The translations under genes and the position numbers were made by a program. Source: Octopus vulgaris (Eukaryota). From it: a stretch of 64,000 nucleotides of DNA. This document shows positions 24,442 through 37,466 of this stretch, piece by piece (position 1 is the first letter of the stretch; every line of letters begins with the position of its first letter). Location of the stretch: NCBI GenBank assembly GCA_951406725.2, contig OX597834.1:17050001-17114000 (forward strand), in the 5' to 3' direction. A model generated the notes under the pieces. The model was given only the letters and a program-made list of their open reading frames with translations, was not told the DNA's origin and did no database searches.

Positions 24442-27026
24442 GTATATATGTATATATAATTATGTATGTATAAATTGTCACAGGGAACAGGAATAAATAT
24501 AAACAAATGCAGAAAAAAAAAAGTTTGCTTTTATAAAAAATTATCAAAAAAAATTTAAGATTTGAAAAAATATTTTTGAAAAAAAAAAAAATATTATGCT
24601 GTGGTTAAATAAATCGTCATGAAAAATTATTGGTTTTTTTTCTTCTGTAAATAAATAATAAAATCTTATATATAAATATTTTTAAAAAAAGCGAAAATAA
24701 AATATAACAAGACCAACACATAGGAATGTCTCTTATTAAGAGAAGGCAGTGGTGTAGTTTACATAGGGCCAGGGTAGAAAATAGAAAAAAAAATCAATGA
24801 AATAAAACAAAAAAAATCATATGGAATCATGTGACAGAGACAGAATCAATAAGTTAGCAAAGAGAATCACAGACGAAATTTCTTTCCTTTTTCCTTTTTC
24901 TTTTTTTTATAGATTGTATTATAGATTATATTGTTAGTTATTGTAATTGTAAAAATGTGAATGTCACCAATATACATATATAACATGAGTTTGTGTGAAT
25001 AATTTCATAATGGAAAGAAGAGCCTACTGTGACATTATATAAAACCTAAAATGAAATTAATTACTGTTTTTACTTGTGTATAAGTTGTACTGTTTTATAT
25101 TTTATTTTAATTGGAAAAAAAAACCCAGGTGTGACTTATATATGGGGCATAGCTAAGACTATGAAGGGAGAACATTTTGTACCAAGATTTTACACCAAAT
25201 TAGAGGTGTGATTTATACATGAGTGCGACTTATATATAGGTAAAGAGGATAAATTTCTTGTAGACAGTTACATAGGGACACTAAGGAGCTTATATTGGAA
25301 GTTAATAGTGGAATGTAAGGAGCATATATTGAGATTAAACATAAGGAGCTTACAATGGGAGTTAATAGCAGATTGTAATTCTTTAACATTTAAACTGATC
25401 ATATCTGGCCAAAATATATTCTACCTGCTTAATGTTCAAACTGGCCAGATCCAGCCTCTCACATCTACCCAACAATGTCATTCTAGAAGTAAACAATCAT
25501 GTCATTGAAATCTTAAAGCTATGAGTTAATTCAAATCAATTTGAATAAACACACAGTACATTTGACAGAGTAAACCTGAATGCTAAAGGGTTAAGGAGAA
25601 TATAATGAGGTTAAACATATAAGTCCATTGATTCCTATGGGACTGCTATTGTCCCCACCTCACCAGGAGGCATTGGGAACACACCCTTTGGAAATGCTCT
25701 ATGCTATAATCCCCCATGTGAATTGTGTGAACTACTGAGTAATGCTATAGAATGGGAGAGATTTGAAGATGATCTGTAGGACCAAAGGAAGAACAGACTG
25801 AAAATGTTGAAGAATGACATTTCGATGACAGCCAGATGAAAGTAGGGTTTGACTGAGTGGTCATATGAGCAACACTTGCATTGCCATTTGTAGCACTCCA
25901 CTGGGTTTGTGATTAAAACAACTTTACTAGCTGCCAATAAGTATCATACAGAACACAGACTGAAAGCAGAGGAAGGGTAGGCACAACAGGATTGATGAGT
26001 GGTTCCTTAGTTTGCAGTATTAAGTTTAAATCTTTTCATGTGGTAACAATTCTGCCAGCTTGCCATCTTTATAACAATAATGATCCTTTCTACTATCGGC
26101 ACAAGGCCCGAAATATTAGGGGAAGGGAATAGTCGATTACATCGACCTCAGTAACTAACAGATACTTATTTTATCGACCCTCAAAAGGATGAAACATTAA
26201 GTCAACCTTTCTGGAATTTGAACACAGAATATACAGACAGACAAAAGGCTGCTAAGCATTTTGTCCAACATGCTGAGCCTGCCAGCTTGCTGATGTGTTT
26301 TTAAGCTTCTTTCTACTGTAACCCTTAATCATTTAAACCTGCCTTATCTGACCCATAATTTTCTACCTGTTTTATGTTCAAACGAGGTAGATTTGGTCTC
26401 TCTCACCTACCTTACAATGTCATTCTAAAAATAAGCAATCACACCATCAAAATCCCAAAGCTATGTAAATGAATAAGCATTTACACCTGACAAAAGTAAT
26501 CTGAATTCTAAAGGGTCAAGATTAATGTATTTCTCTTTTGTCAAATTAGGATAGCATTAACAGGGAGTTTGATAATTTGTTAAGTCAGGCATTGGCATAT
26601 CTGTCTTGATCAGAAGCTAATACTCTAGAAAATGATTTTCTAACCATCTTTTTTGAGAAGTATAGAGTGGATCTATTATTTCTTGTTTTATACAATGGCA
26701 GCAAATAAAGAAATAAACCATTTGTTTCTCAGGACAAAATAATACAAACAACATACATGGATCTTGGAATGAATAATTTTAATGCTTAAACCATTGTTCT
26801 GTCGATGAATTATCATTATTGTCTCTGGCATCATAATATTTTTTCCTCCTCATGTCTCTATTACGTTTAATGTTAAAATAATAAATTTTCCTCTTCTGTT
26901 AATTAATTAAACCAGAGATAATTAACCGACACACAATGTTAGTTTTTTACAAAATATTAAGGTTAATCCAATTAACTAAACCCGCTCTTCTTTGAAATTG
27001 GCTCAGTGCCTAGTTATTATTATCAT

Positions 27027-27071
<45 letters not shown>

Positions 27072-28761
27072 TGTTTTTGTTGTTATACCAATTGATACAA
27101 AATCTTTGTACAATGAACAAGCAAGGCTCATGATACATATGACAAAATTGATATCTTGTCATTGCATGTTTTATAGATGTTGCTATTGTTGTTGTTGTTG
27201 TTGTTGCTTAGCCCTATGTCAATCCTGACGGAGCAGCCCTATAAACAAAGGCTTCACTGCTCCATGACCAACCCATATTTTAAGGGGTTTACAGGGCTAT
27301 GTTATCTAAAATGTGCCCTTTCCTTATTCAAAATGGTAGGGTGTGATTCAATGGAAACCTGGCTGCTATTTGGAGCAGGTTGAGTGACAGTGTGGAAGTC
27401 CTCCATTGTTGAGTTGGCTCATGATGATGGCAATGATGATGATGATTATGATGATGATGATGATGGTGATGGTGGTGAGAACTAGGAATTGCTTGTGGGC
27501 CAAGGTGAGTCCACAAGTACAAATCAAGCCTCTTTAGGTTCTTGCAAACACTCGTTTGATACCATCATATACTTTCTCATACCAAACACACTTGCAACTA
27601 GCTAATTAATTAGGGGCTGTCTGAACATAACTGAAGGAGGCAGCAGGTCACACCGCCAAGCAGAAATAGGAGTTTAATGATGGAAGAAAGGGGTCACCGC
27701 CAGCGGTTGTTAAGCTCTAGCTCAATCCTGATCAAACATACTTATGATCAAAAGCTTTCCAGCCACGACCATCCCTGTTGTTTTGTATACCTTGGACTAC
27801 ATTATTCAATGTATCCTTCAATTTTTAAGAGAGTAGGATGTGATTTATGGAAGATTTGGTTGCTATTTCAAACAAGTTGTCAAACCAATAAAAGAGCTTC
27901 TATGATGACACAGAGGCTCCTTCATTGGTTTGAATGTAATTGTTATTGCTGCTGCTGCTGTTTAGCCCTAGGTCAGCCCTGATCAGGCAAAGTCATGATG
28001 CTGTTGTGGTTGCCCTATTCTGAAGTTTGAGGTTCAAGTGACAGAATGACTTTAATTTAAATTAACTTGATATTTGAAATTTTTGGTGATGAACTTGAGC
28101 CTTAGGAACTGTGCTTTGGGCAAGTTTCATAGGTGACCAATTTGCATTCCATGTTGAAAATCCTTGATCTATGATCAAAGGTATTCCAGTCATGATCATC
28201 CTGTCATATGTTAAAGGTATAATCCAGGATTATAATCTTGGATAGACATGTCTCCAGTTTGTTTTTTAATGACAGATGAGTGTGATTTGAGGGAAATTCA
28301 GCTCTATTTCTTGCAGATTTAGCAACCTCACAGAGACTCCCTGGTGTAGGTTAACAATAATGAATGAAGAATGAATGTGTGTGTAATAATGTAGTAATAA
28401 ATCTGAATACTCAACAAGCATATTGTATATTTTAACTAATAGAGAGAGTATGTAAATGTAAGGGTCTCTCAAGCTCTCAAGTGAAGGAGAAGGATGCTGT
28501 TTAAGTGGTAGGTGCTTAACTTTCAGATATACAGTTTTAAGAAGATAAGAAATAAAACCCTCCATACCCAAAAGGGGCCACCAGTTTGTTTATTATAGGT
28601 TAATATTCCTTGATAATCTGGTATGTAATTCTGAAAGCTAGGCAAAACTGAGGCAATGTAGAGTTAATTGTACTGTCCAAATTACACAATAAAATACCTG
28701 TTGTTGTACAAATTTGAAATTAAGATCTTTGAATCGATAGCCCTATTCAGATAATTTTAAT

Positions 28762-28966
28762 TTAACCTTTTGCCTGTTCAAAGCATTTTCATAAGTTTGT
28801 CCCTAAATGTCCATGCTTGTCTTCGGAGTTTTACTTAACCCTTCTCTCATATGCTCTTTGTAATATAAAGCTTTCCTTTCATAAAACCCAAGTTGCTCTG
28901 GTGGATGAAAAAAAATTGGGACATGTATCATATATGATGCATGGATGCCAACAGGCAAAAGGTTAA
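28762..28966. mobile_element. piggyBac-like MITE
   Basis: TTAA-CCTTTTGCCTGTT ... AACAGGCAAAAGG-TTAA: perfect 13-bp TIR with TTAA target duplication. Confidence 0.7.
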
Positions 28967-30093
28967 CAAGCCCTCAGGTTGGATTCATTACAGACAATAC
29001 AGAGCTCATATCATAAAAAATTGAAAGAAAAATTCTAAAAAAAAAAAAAGGAGGGTGTAGAATAGGGTTTTGTTATACATTTGGTTAGAATAAAATAAAA
29101 ATAAAAGACGAAATGGTTTTCTCTTTTAGCAGTATTTGACCAGATGTAAAATTTTTTTTCTTTATAATGGAGGAAGATCAGCTGAATATATTTTTTTACC
29201 CCTTCTTTCTATGAGGAAAAATAAAACCCCCACCTCAACAGAAAATATATTTATAAAATATATTGATATGTTAGTAAGATCTTGTAGAATAATTAATTAT
29301 ATGAAGCATTTTTACTGAAATATGAGCAAAGAAAGTGTGATGAACCCATTCGCAGGATTCACCATTTTGTCTTTGCAAGTATTTATATGGATTCAATTGT
29401 AGATGTTTCCTATTTAATTTAATTTCGCAGAAAGACAAAAAAGGAAAAAAAGAAAATTATTATCTCTTGTAACCAAATTACTGTAAGAATGATAAGAATT
29501 TGGGCTTAATTTTTGAAGAAGAAAAAATATATACATTTCAATGAAATAATTCTAGTTTAGGGGGCAAAAAAAAAAAACCGACTCCTTACTTGTTAATAAT
29601 TTTAGACGGTCTAAGATACAAAATATGCAAATAGTCATGGTCACTGCCATTCGATAATTTAAACTGGTTGCGATATATTTTAGAAATTTAGAAATTTTTA
29701 CAAATTCAGATTTCAGGCAATATTTTTAAAAATACAAAGTACAAAGGGAGTAAAAAATAAAAATAAAAAGTTTATGTTTCTTTAACAAATCTGAGTAAGA
29801 TTAATGAATAAATAAATCAATAAATACACACACACATATATATACATGTATATATGTATGGGTTATATAGATATATAAATATATATATATACATATATAG
29901 CTGTGTGCATGCATGTATGCTTATAATGTATTCATGAGTATGCATGTGCTTGTACATATTTAATTACACACACACATATATATATATGTATATATATATA
30001 CATACATATATATACATGAATGTATGCATTTAATTATATTTTGTTATTGGTTTCAGTTACAAGTTAAAGCCATATTGGAGAATATGCACATAC

Positions 30094-30154
<61 letters not shown>

Positions 30155-30578
30155 AAAGTGAGACAATTGTTTTTCTCCCAAATAAAAAAATCAAATACAT
30201 TGATATTTGCCCCAAAGTTAAGAGGAAACAACAACAGGTGTGGTGTGTGTGTGTGTGTGTGTGTGTGTGCGTATGCAAGCACACATGCTCAGAAAGAAAG
30301 AAAGAAAGAAAGGAAGGAAGGAAGGAAGGTTTACAAATTAAAGAACAACTGAGTATGTATGTTTCAGGTCTTGTGGTAGTGGTGGTGGTGGTGGTGGTGA
30401 GGGTGAAATATGCATAGTTCGATGTATACAAGGGATGGGTTGGGGTGGTGGTCGTGGTGGTCAGGGGAGTGAAGAATGTGAAGAAGGTGGGGGGGAGGAA
30501 GGGGGGGAAGACAAATTAATGGTAAAGAAAAACGAGAAAGAAAAAAAAAATTCAGAACTTCAAAAAAAAATCTTCGTT

Positions 30579-30657
30579 TCAAACTTCGATGGGTTCAGTT
30601 GCATCCTTCATGTTGAATGGAAGCCCTTCTGGTGAAGCCCCAGCGCTGCTGTTGGAA
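30579..30657 (-). CDS. TM-protein gene last coding exon (exon 11): SNSSAGASPEGLPFNMKDATEPIEV*
   Basis: tctttctccctag acceptor, phase 2 matching the upstream donor, TGA stop. Confidence 0.8.
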
Positions 30658-30959
30658 CTAGGGAGAAAGAAAATGTAAGAGAAATGGGGTAAAAGGAAAT
30701 GACAAAATATGAGGGAAAAAAAACAACAACAAAACAAGCAAAAATATATAGCAAAATGAAAAATATTGGTTTCAAATTTCAGTATAAGGCCCCAAGAGGA
30801 GCCGAGGTGATTAAATTGACCCCAGTGATCAACTGGTAATTATTTAATCAACCCCAAAAGGATGAAAGGCTAAATCGACCCTGGCAGAATTCTGTCAGCT
30901 TGCTGCCTTGCAAAATGTAGAAAATATTATTAGAAAAGTCTTTCTTTGTTGATTTGTCT

Positions 30960-31305
30960 GTTGTTAGACAGGCAATTATCGAAATAGTCTGTTCTCCTAT
31001 TATCTATTGCCAGATGGTCAGTTGTCAAGCTGTCTGCTACCAGGTGATCTGTTGCCAAATGGTCTTTTACTAGATAGCCTGTTGTCAAATTATCAGTTGC
31101 TAGATGGTTTTCTGTTATATGGTTTGTTGTTAAATTGTCTATTGCCTGATAGTCAGTTATCAAAGTGACCGTTACCAGATAGCCTGTGGTCAAATTGTCA
31201 GTTGCCAGATAGTGCGCTGTCAAACTGGCTGTTGTTAAATTGCCATCAAACAGTCAATTGTTAGACTATATACTGTCGGGTGGTTTGTTTGTTGTCAGAT
31301 TATCT
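30960..31305 (-). repeat. Degenerate 15-bp tandem repeat (reads as ATDHL/TTDNL pentapeptides)
   Basis: More than 15 units resembling gcaactgaccatctg on the minus strand. Confidence 0.8.
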
Positions 31306-31697
31306 GTATATCCTCACAACAATATAACACGAAGAAGCCCTTTAGCACTTAAACTGGCCATATCTGGCCTAAATATTCTACCTGTCCAATGTTCAAACTG
31401 ACCAGATCTGGCCTCTCATAACTAACCCACAATATCATTCTAAGAAATAAGCAGATGCATCATCAAAATCTCAAAGCTATGGGATAATGCATGATTAATT
31501 CAAAAGAATGTGAATAAATAAATATTACAATCAATAAAAATAATCTGACTGCCAAAGGCTGGTGCCACATAAAAGCACCCACGACACTCTGTAAAATGGC
31601 TGGTATTAGGAAGGGCATCCAGCTTTAGAAGCCACGAAAAGCAAAGCTGACCTCGGTGGAATTTGAACTCAGAGAGAGGGGGAAGAGGGAGAGAAAG

Positions 31698-31786
<89 letters not shown>

Positions 31787-31991
31787 ATGGCAATGTATTT
31801 CTTGTAGGTACCAGTAATATTAGTGAGGTGGTTCTGATAAGGAAACAAAACAGAATAGGGTATTTGGTCTTTATAAAAATAATTGTTGGACCAACAGCAA
31901 GAATAATAGTAACAAACAACAACAGCAGGAGTAGCATCAACATAAATATAAGAAAGATAGGAGAAGATGAGACGGTAAAAAAAAATATTAC

Positions 31992-32410
31992 CTTCTTTCA
32001 GAACATTCGCTGACGTAAGAAATGTCGTCTTTGATAAACGTTGACATACATTTACCACTTCTTTCACTGTATGAGCTGGCACATGTATAAATGTTGTTTG
32101 CACGGTCATTATTGTCGTTTACATGATAGCCATTCAGATGGCGCTTATTTTTCTTTAAATAGGCTGGCGGCTTGCTCGGTTTGTTTGGTTGATGACTGTT
32201 GAAATAAGGAATCGATACACTACTGTAGTATCCGCTATCAGCAGTTCCTACTGCTTTTGGAGCACTATGGTTGGCTAACGTTGAGGGTTTATTGTCTGTA
32301 GCTATACGGACAGCGTCTTGACAACTATCATGGGGAATTGCATATATCGGCTGGACATCAACGGATGAAATCTCAGCACGTGGTGCCTCAGAAGAAGTAG
32401 AAGAATCTTG
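31992..32410 (-). CDS. TM-protein gene exon 10 (419 nt): QDSSTSSEAPRAEISSVDVQPIYAIPHD...DSGYYSSVSIPYF...ISYVSECSER
   Basis: tttacag acceptor (phase 0), AG|gtaata donor (phase 2), 139 codons without a stop. Confidence 0.85.
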
Positions 32411-33368
32411 CTGTAAACAAAAAAATAAAGAAAAAACAAAACATATTAAAAAAATTGACTAAAGTGTAAGGTTTCGCCCTTTAGTATTCAAACTGGCTAT
32501 ATCCGGCCAAAATATTCAAAGAGATCAATGGTAAAGTCAGCCTTGGTGGAATTTGAACTCAAAATGTAAAATTACAGAGGAAATACCACTAAGCATTTTA
32601 TCTGGCAGGGTAATGAGTTTGCTAACTTGTCACCTTTAGCAAAATCATAATAATCCTTTCTACTAAAGGCATAAGGCCTGATATTTTTGGGGAGGGAACT
32701 AGTCAATTACATTGACCCCCAGTGTTTCCCTGGTAGTTAATTTATCAACCCCAAAAGGACGAAAAGCATAGTCAACTTTGGCGGCATTTGAACTCAGATC
32801 ATAGCAGTAGACAAAATACTGTTAAGCATTTCGCCAGGTGTGCTAATGATTCTGCCAGCTTGCCGCCTTAAAATAGTCTGATACTCTACTGACTGAGCTA
32901 TGTGGGCAGACTACAAGAGCATAATAATGGAAACATTTGTTGTTTTACAGAATTCATCAGAATTCTTGATTATTTTCAAAATTAACTCTCACATAAATGC
33001 TGAGTATTTCACTGGAAACATGATGATGAAATGCTTAAATATACTTTTTTACTCTAGGCACAAGGCCCAAAGTTTTGTGGGAGGGGGTCAGTTCATTAAA
33101 TTGACCCCAGTATGCAATTGGAATCACTAGCACTGACCACGTTCAGATGATGGGTTTTACATGCCACAGGAACGGGAGCCAATCAGGGGGCACTGGCCAC
33201 AGCTACGATTTTGGTTTTACTTGATTCAACAGCTCTTCTCAAGCATAGCATATCACCTGATGCATCAAGGGTACTTTTAAATGGGCTGGACATGCAACAC
33301 TGGCATTGGCCATGGCTGCAATCTCACTTTAGTTGTCGGGTCTTCTCAGTTACACATAAATATATATG

Positions 33369-33400
<32 letters not shown>

Positions 33401-33643
33401 CATCTTTGTGTTTGTTCTGCACCAGCACTTGATGACCGATGTCAGTTTGTTTACATTCCACTAACTTAGCGGTTCAACAAAACAGAGCCTGATAGAATAA
33501 GTACCAGACTTAAAAGAAAGAAAAAAACCCAGTGGACTGGAGTCAATTTGCCAGACTAAAACTCTTCAAAGTGGTGCTCCAGCATGGCCACAGTTCAATG
33601 GACTGATACAATTAAAAGATGAAAAACACACAAAGATACTGAC

Positions 33644-33779
33644 CTGCCTCAGTTCATAGTAGTCATTGAGCATCTGTTTAGCCCATTCAAGAAGCCCTAA
33701 AGCATCAGCTGGAACACTGTTGTTGAGCTCATTTTTATTCAAAAGTCCAAGGACCCTACACAGTTGGTTGATTACACCC
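33644..33779 (-). CDS. TM-protein gene exon 9: GVINQLCRVLGLLNKNELNNSVPADALGLLEWAKQMLNDYYELRQ
   Basis: ttttcctccag acceptor (phase 2), CAG|gtcagt donor (phase 0), amphipathic helical sequence. Confidence 0.88.
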
Positions 33780-33886
33780 CTGGAGGAAAATAACAAAAAA
33801 AAAAAAAGAAAAAAAGAGCCACATATAAATTTACACAATAGATATAAATTTACAGGTGATGATGTATATATATATATATATATATA

Positions 33887-34063
33887 TAGTTAATCCAAAC
33901 AAGAACGCACAAAAAAACACAACAACGCAAGGATGTGGAACAAATATAGTATTATTGGACGCTCAGGAAAGAAGGAAAGAAGGAGGGTTTAACGTTTCGA
34001 GCGGAGCTCTTCATCGGAAACATAGGAGAAGGGAAGACAGAGGAAAGAAAATCGCCAACGGTA
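33887..34063 (-). mobile_element. Penelope-type terminal fragment with a minimal hammerhead motif at 33987-34021
   Basis: Minus strand reads GTTT-CCGATGA-A-GAGC TCC GCTC-GAAAC-GTT-AAAC. Second copy at 56793-57000. Confidence 0.65.
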
Positions 34064-34217
34064 TAGCGGTTCGGCAAAAGAGGCCGATAGAATAAGTACT
34101 GGGCTTACAAAGAATAAGTCCCGGGGTCGATTTGCTCGACTAAAGGCGGTGCTCCAGCATGGCCGCAGTCAAATGACTGAAACAAGTAAAAGAGTAAAGA
34201 GTATATATGTGCAAATA

Positions 34218-34427
34218 TACGAGGGGGTGCTGAAAAGTTCCTGGCTTTAAGATTGTCGTAAAAAGCCTGATTGGAGCCTCAACCTTCCAAATTCTTTTAC
34301 AGGGCTAAGAAAAACTGCCATAAGTGTGTGAATCTGAGAGGGGAATATGTTGAATAAAATCATAATTAACTGATCCCCTGTATTTTCTTATTTTCAAAAA
34401 GCCAGGAACTTTCTAGCACCCCTCATA
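34218..34427 (+). mobile_element. Mariner-derived MITE, with an extra right end at about 34479-34545
   Basis: tacgagggggtgctgaaaagttcctggc ... gccaggaactttctagcacccctcata. Confidence 0.75.
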
Positions 34428-34999
34428 AAATCCCGTTGCATAGCACCTTCAGCAAGCATCTTTGGTAGATGGAAACTATTTAATTAACTGATCCGCCTGT
34501 ATTTTCTTTTACCCAAAACCAGGAACCTTACAGCACCCCCTCGTATACGGTTGTTATATTTTGCTTGTTTCAGTCATTGGACTGCGCTCATTCTGGAGCA
34601 TCACATTGTACTTATTTTATTGATCCCAGAAGGATGAAAGGCAAAGTCAACTTCGGCAGAATTTGAACTCAGATCATCAAGGTAGATGAAATACAACCAA
34701 GCAATTCGCCTGGCATGCTAACAATTCTGCCAGCTCGCCACCTTTGCATACATACATACCTACATACACAGTAAAAATATAGAAAATACAGAAGTAAAAT
34801 TAATTAACATTCATTCATAGAAGAATGAGATTAACACAATGGAAACGTTTTTATAATGGAAGTAAAAAAAAAAGGGAATTGGATTTTAAAAAAGCAATCA
34901 TAAAGATAAAGAACAGGAGTTTTCTGAAAGAATTTAGAGTAGGAAGCACATGATAATAGCAGAAATAGTTGGTGAGTGTAAAGGAATTAATGTACATAC

Positions 35000-35168
35000 T
35001 TGTAAGTAGGTACTCGTGTATCATCTGAATTCATAGCTCGCAAACGTGTCCGCACCTGACTTAGCAACTCTTCTAGGGTTTTTTTGTGAGGTCGCATTTT
35101 CTCGAGTTTGTAAAAGTAGACTTGTTCATCAATGACGCAGCTATCTGAAATGTTGACCTCTTCCGTTT
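35000..35168 (-). CDS. TM-protein gene exon 8: ETEEVNISDSCVIDEQVYFYKLEKMRPHKKTLEELLSQVRTRLRAMNSDDTRVPTYK
   Basis: First AG after the pyrimidine tract (caccag, phase 1) and AA|gtatgt donor (phase 2). Both phases fit the neighbouring exons. Confidence 0.82.
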
Positions 35169-36290
35169 CTGGTGAGTTCGTAGTTGCATTGGTGTCGGAG
35201 TTGTTGTCGTCGTTGTCGTCGTCGGTGGTGGTGGTGGTGGTGGTGGTGGTGGTAGTGGCGGCGGCGGCAGCAGCGGTGGTGGTTGTGGTGGGGGTGGTGG
35301 CGGCGGTGGTGGTGGTGGTTGTAGTAGTGGTGGTTGAAGAAGCCGACGTGATTGCAGAAAAAGGGAGAGAAAAAAAATGAGGAAGAAATAAAAGTGTAAA
35401 GGTAAGATGAAAGTAGCAAAGAACTTCTTTCCATTGTTGAAGGATTTTTTTCCCCTTTCTTTTTGCTTCTAACAAGAAAAAGATTCACAATATAAAAATT
35501 TTGAAGGTCAAAGAGGCCAGTGTGATTGAAGATAGATAGATAGATAGAAAGATAGAGAATATATTTTCATTAATGCACCTGGTGTTAAAACACCTGAAAG
35601 TCATAAGCATGGCCTATACACACACTAGCAAAACCTACCTTGTGTATATGTGTTCAATATCGTTTATATCCCTTGAGTTACTTCTAATATATATTTGAAT
35701 TTTTTTCTGTGGTATAAAATGTTGGGACATACCAGCAGATGGTTCTTACACTCTTTTGCATTTAGTTGTAGACAGTGATTTAGCTTGCATTGGGCCTTGT
35801 CCAGGCATGTGGTGTTGACAAGTCACAACAAACACGAAACATCAATATCCATTGCTTCTGAATAGAACCTGATGCAAGTTATCTCCCTTGTCAATGACTT
35901 CCAGATGTTTCGACACCAGGTGCATTGATGAGAATATATTCTCTTACGCTGATAAGCACAGCCTACCCATGAACTAGCAAAACACACACCTTGTGTAGGT
36001 GTGTCCAATATTGCACACACAGATATATATATGTATAAGATACAAGGATTTTTCATCAAGGTGACTCAAAATAATAGGTATGAGCTCTGAGTGCTTAAGT
36101 TGGCATGCCATTAACATTCCGGTTTCAACTGCAGTTGAAAATGTGATTTTGTATTTGAATAGCTGAGATATCCTAGAAACAGCTGTTGGAGACTATCAAA
36201 CCTTTCACTATATAGCTACATTAAATGTCCTTGTCAAGTCTTGCTAAACTGTTTGCCTTTTTTTTTCTGCTTTAATCAATCAATCAATCA

Positions 36291-36326
<36 letters not shown>

Positions 36327-36331
36327 GTCTG

Positions 36332-36362
<31 letters not shown>

Positions 36363-36375
36363 CTCTCTCTCTCTC

Positions 36376-36423
<48 letters not shown>

Positions 36424-36696
36424 CATACATATATATACAGATAAATAGATAGATAGATAGAGAGAGAGAATGAAGGAGAAATAAATAAATGTGTGAAGGT
36501 TAGATAAGTGTTACAAGAAAGCACCTTTCATCATTGTCGTATTTTTCTCCTCTTTTTGTATATCTATGACCATATGTTTATTGCCAGTGGACCTTCCTTT
36601 TTTTTCAGTGGGCAGAGTGTGAGTGTGATTTAAAGGAGGCATGACTGCTATTTCTACTAAGCCAAGGTTCTCTCACTGGTTTGATATTAAATTAGA

Positions 36697-37163
36697 CTGC
36701 GTAACAAAATTTTAATTTTGTCTTCGGTCGGTAAGTGTTATTTCCTATTTGTTTCCATCTAGAAATCAAAGGAAATGACAACCATTCCCTTCAAACTTTG
36801 CTTTTCTGACCTGGACATCAATGTTTTCAAACTGACCTATTTTCCATTACATTTCAGACAGATTCAGTGCTGAGATGCTGAAGCAGAAATATCATTATAG
36901 CAAATATTCTGCTGAACACCATAAATCTGCTTATTGGTTGCTTGACCATAACCATTTGAGTATGTCGCTTAGCGGCTGATCTCTGATCATGAGCAGGAGT
37001 AATAGGGGAACATCACAGCCATGTGTTGAAAGGGATTCTTAGGAATTTGAATAAATGTAATAAAAGCAAAGTTTGAAGGAAATATTAGCCTTTTCATACT
37101 TTCTAGGGTAAGCACATAGGAAATAACAGTTGCAACCCAAGGACAAAAATCGTGTTACACAGC
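36697..37163. mobile_element. MITE-like element with imperfect TIRs of about 110 bp
   Basis: Left arm ctgcgtaac...tgttatttcctat...ccttcaaactttgctttt is mirrored by aaaagcaaagtttgaagg...ataggaaataaca...gttacacag. Confidence 0.65.
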
Positions 37164-37466
37164 GTTATAATGTCTACTGGTAATGGAGGCATTCATGATC
37201 ATAAGATTGCGTTTTCAATTCCTGGACCAGGCAATGCTTTGTGTTCTTGAGCAAAGCACTTCATTCCACGATGAGTAATCCTCTGACGAACTGGTATTCT
37301 GCCCAGGTAGTGGGGATGAAATAGCTGCCACAGAATCCGGTAAACCTGCCTTACGAGTCTAAAGCTCAGGAAGGAACCTTTAACTGGTAATGAAGAAAGA
37401 AGACAAATATTGATTTTTTTTTTTTTTGCAATTATTGGATTTAAATATTTCTGTAGAAATACTTAC

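Noticed and set aside
31663-32013. ER-rich ORF and antisense SL-rich ORFs
   Set aside because: Produced by a (GA)n microsatellite at about 31700-31782.
36525-36650. Open frame that could bridge exons 6 and 8 of the TM gene
   Set aside because: It overlaps a dispersed repeat and has a weak donor (gtgctt). The 28-nt exon at 37467-37494 fits far better.
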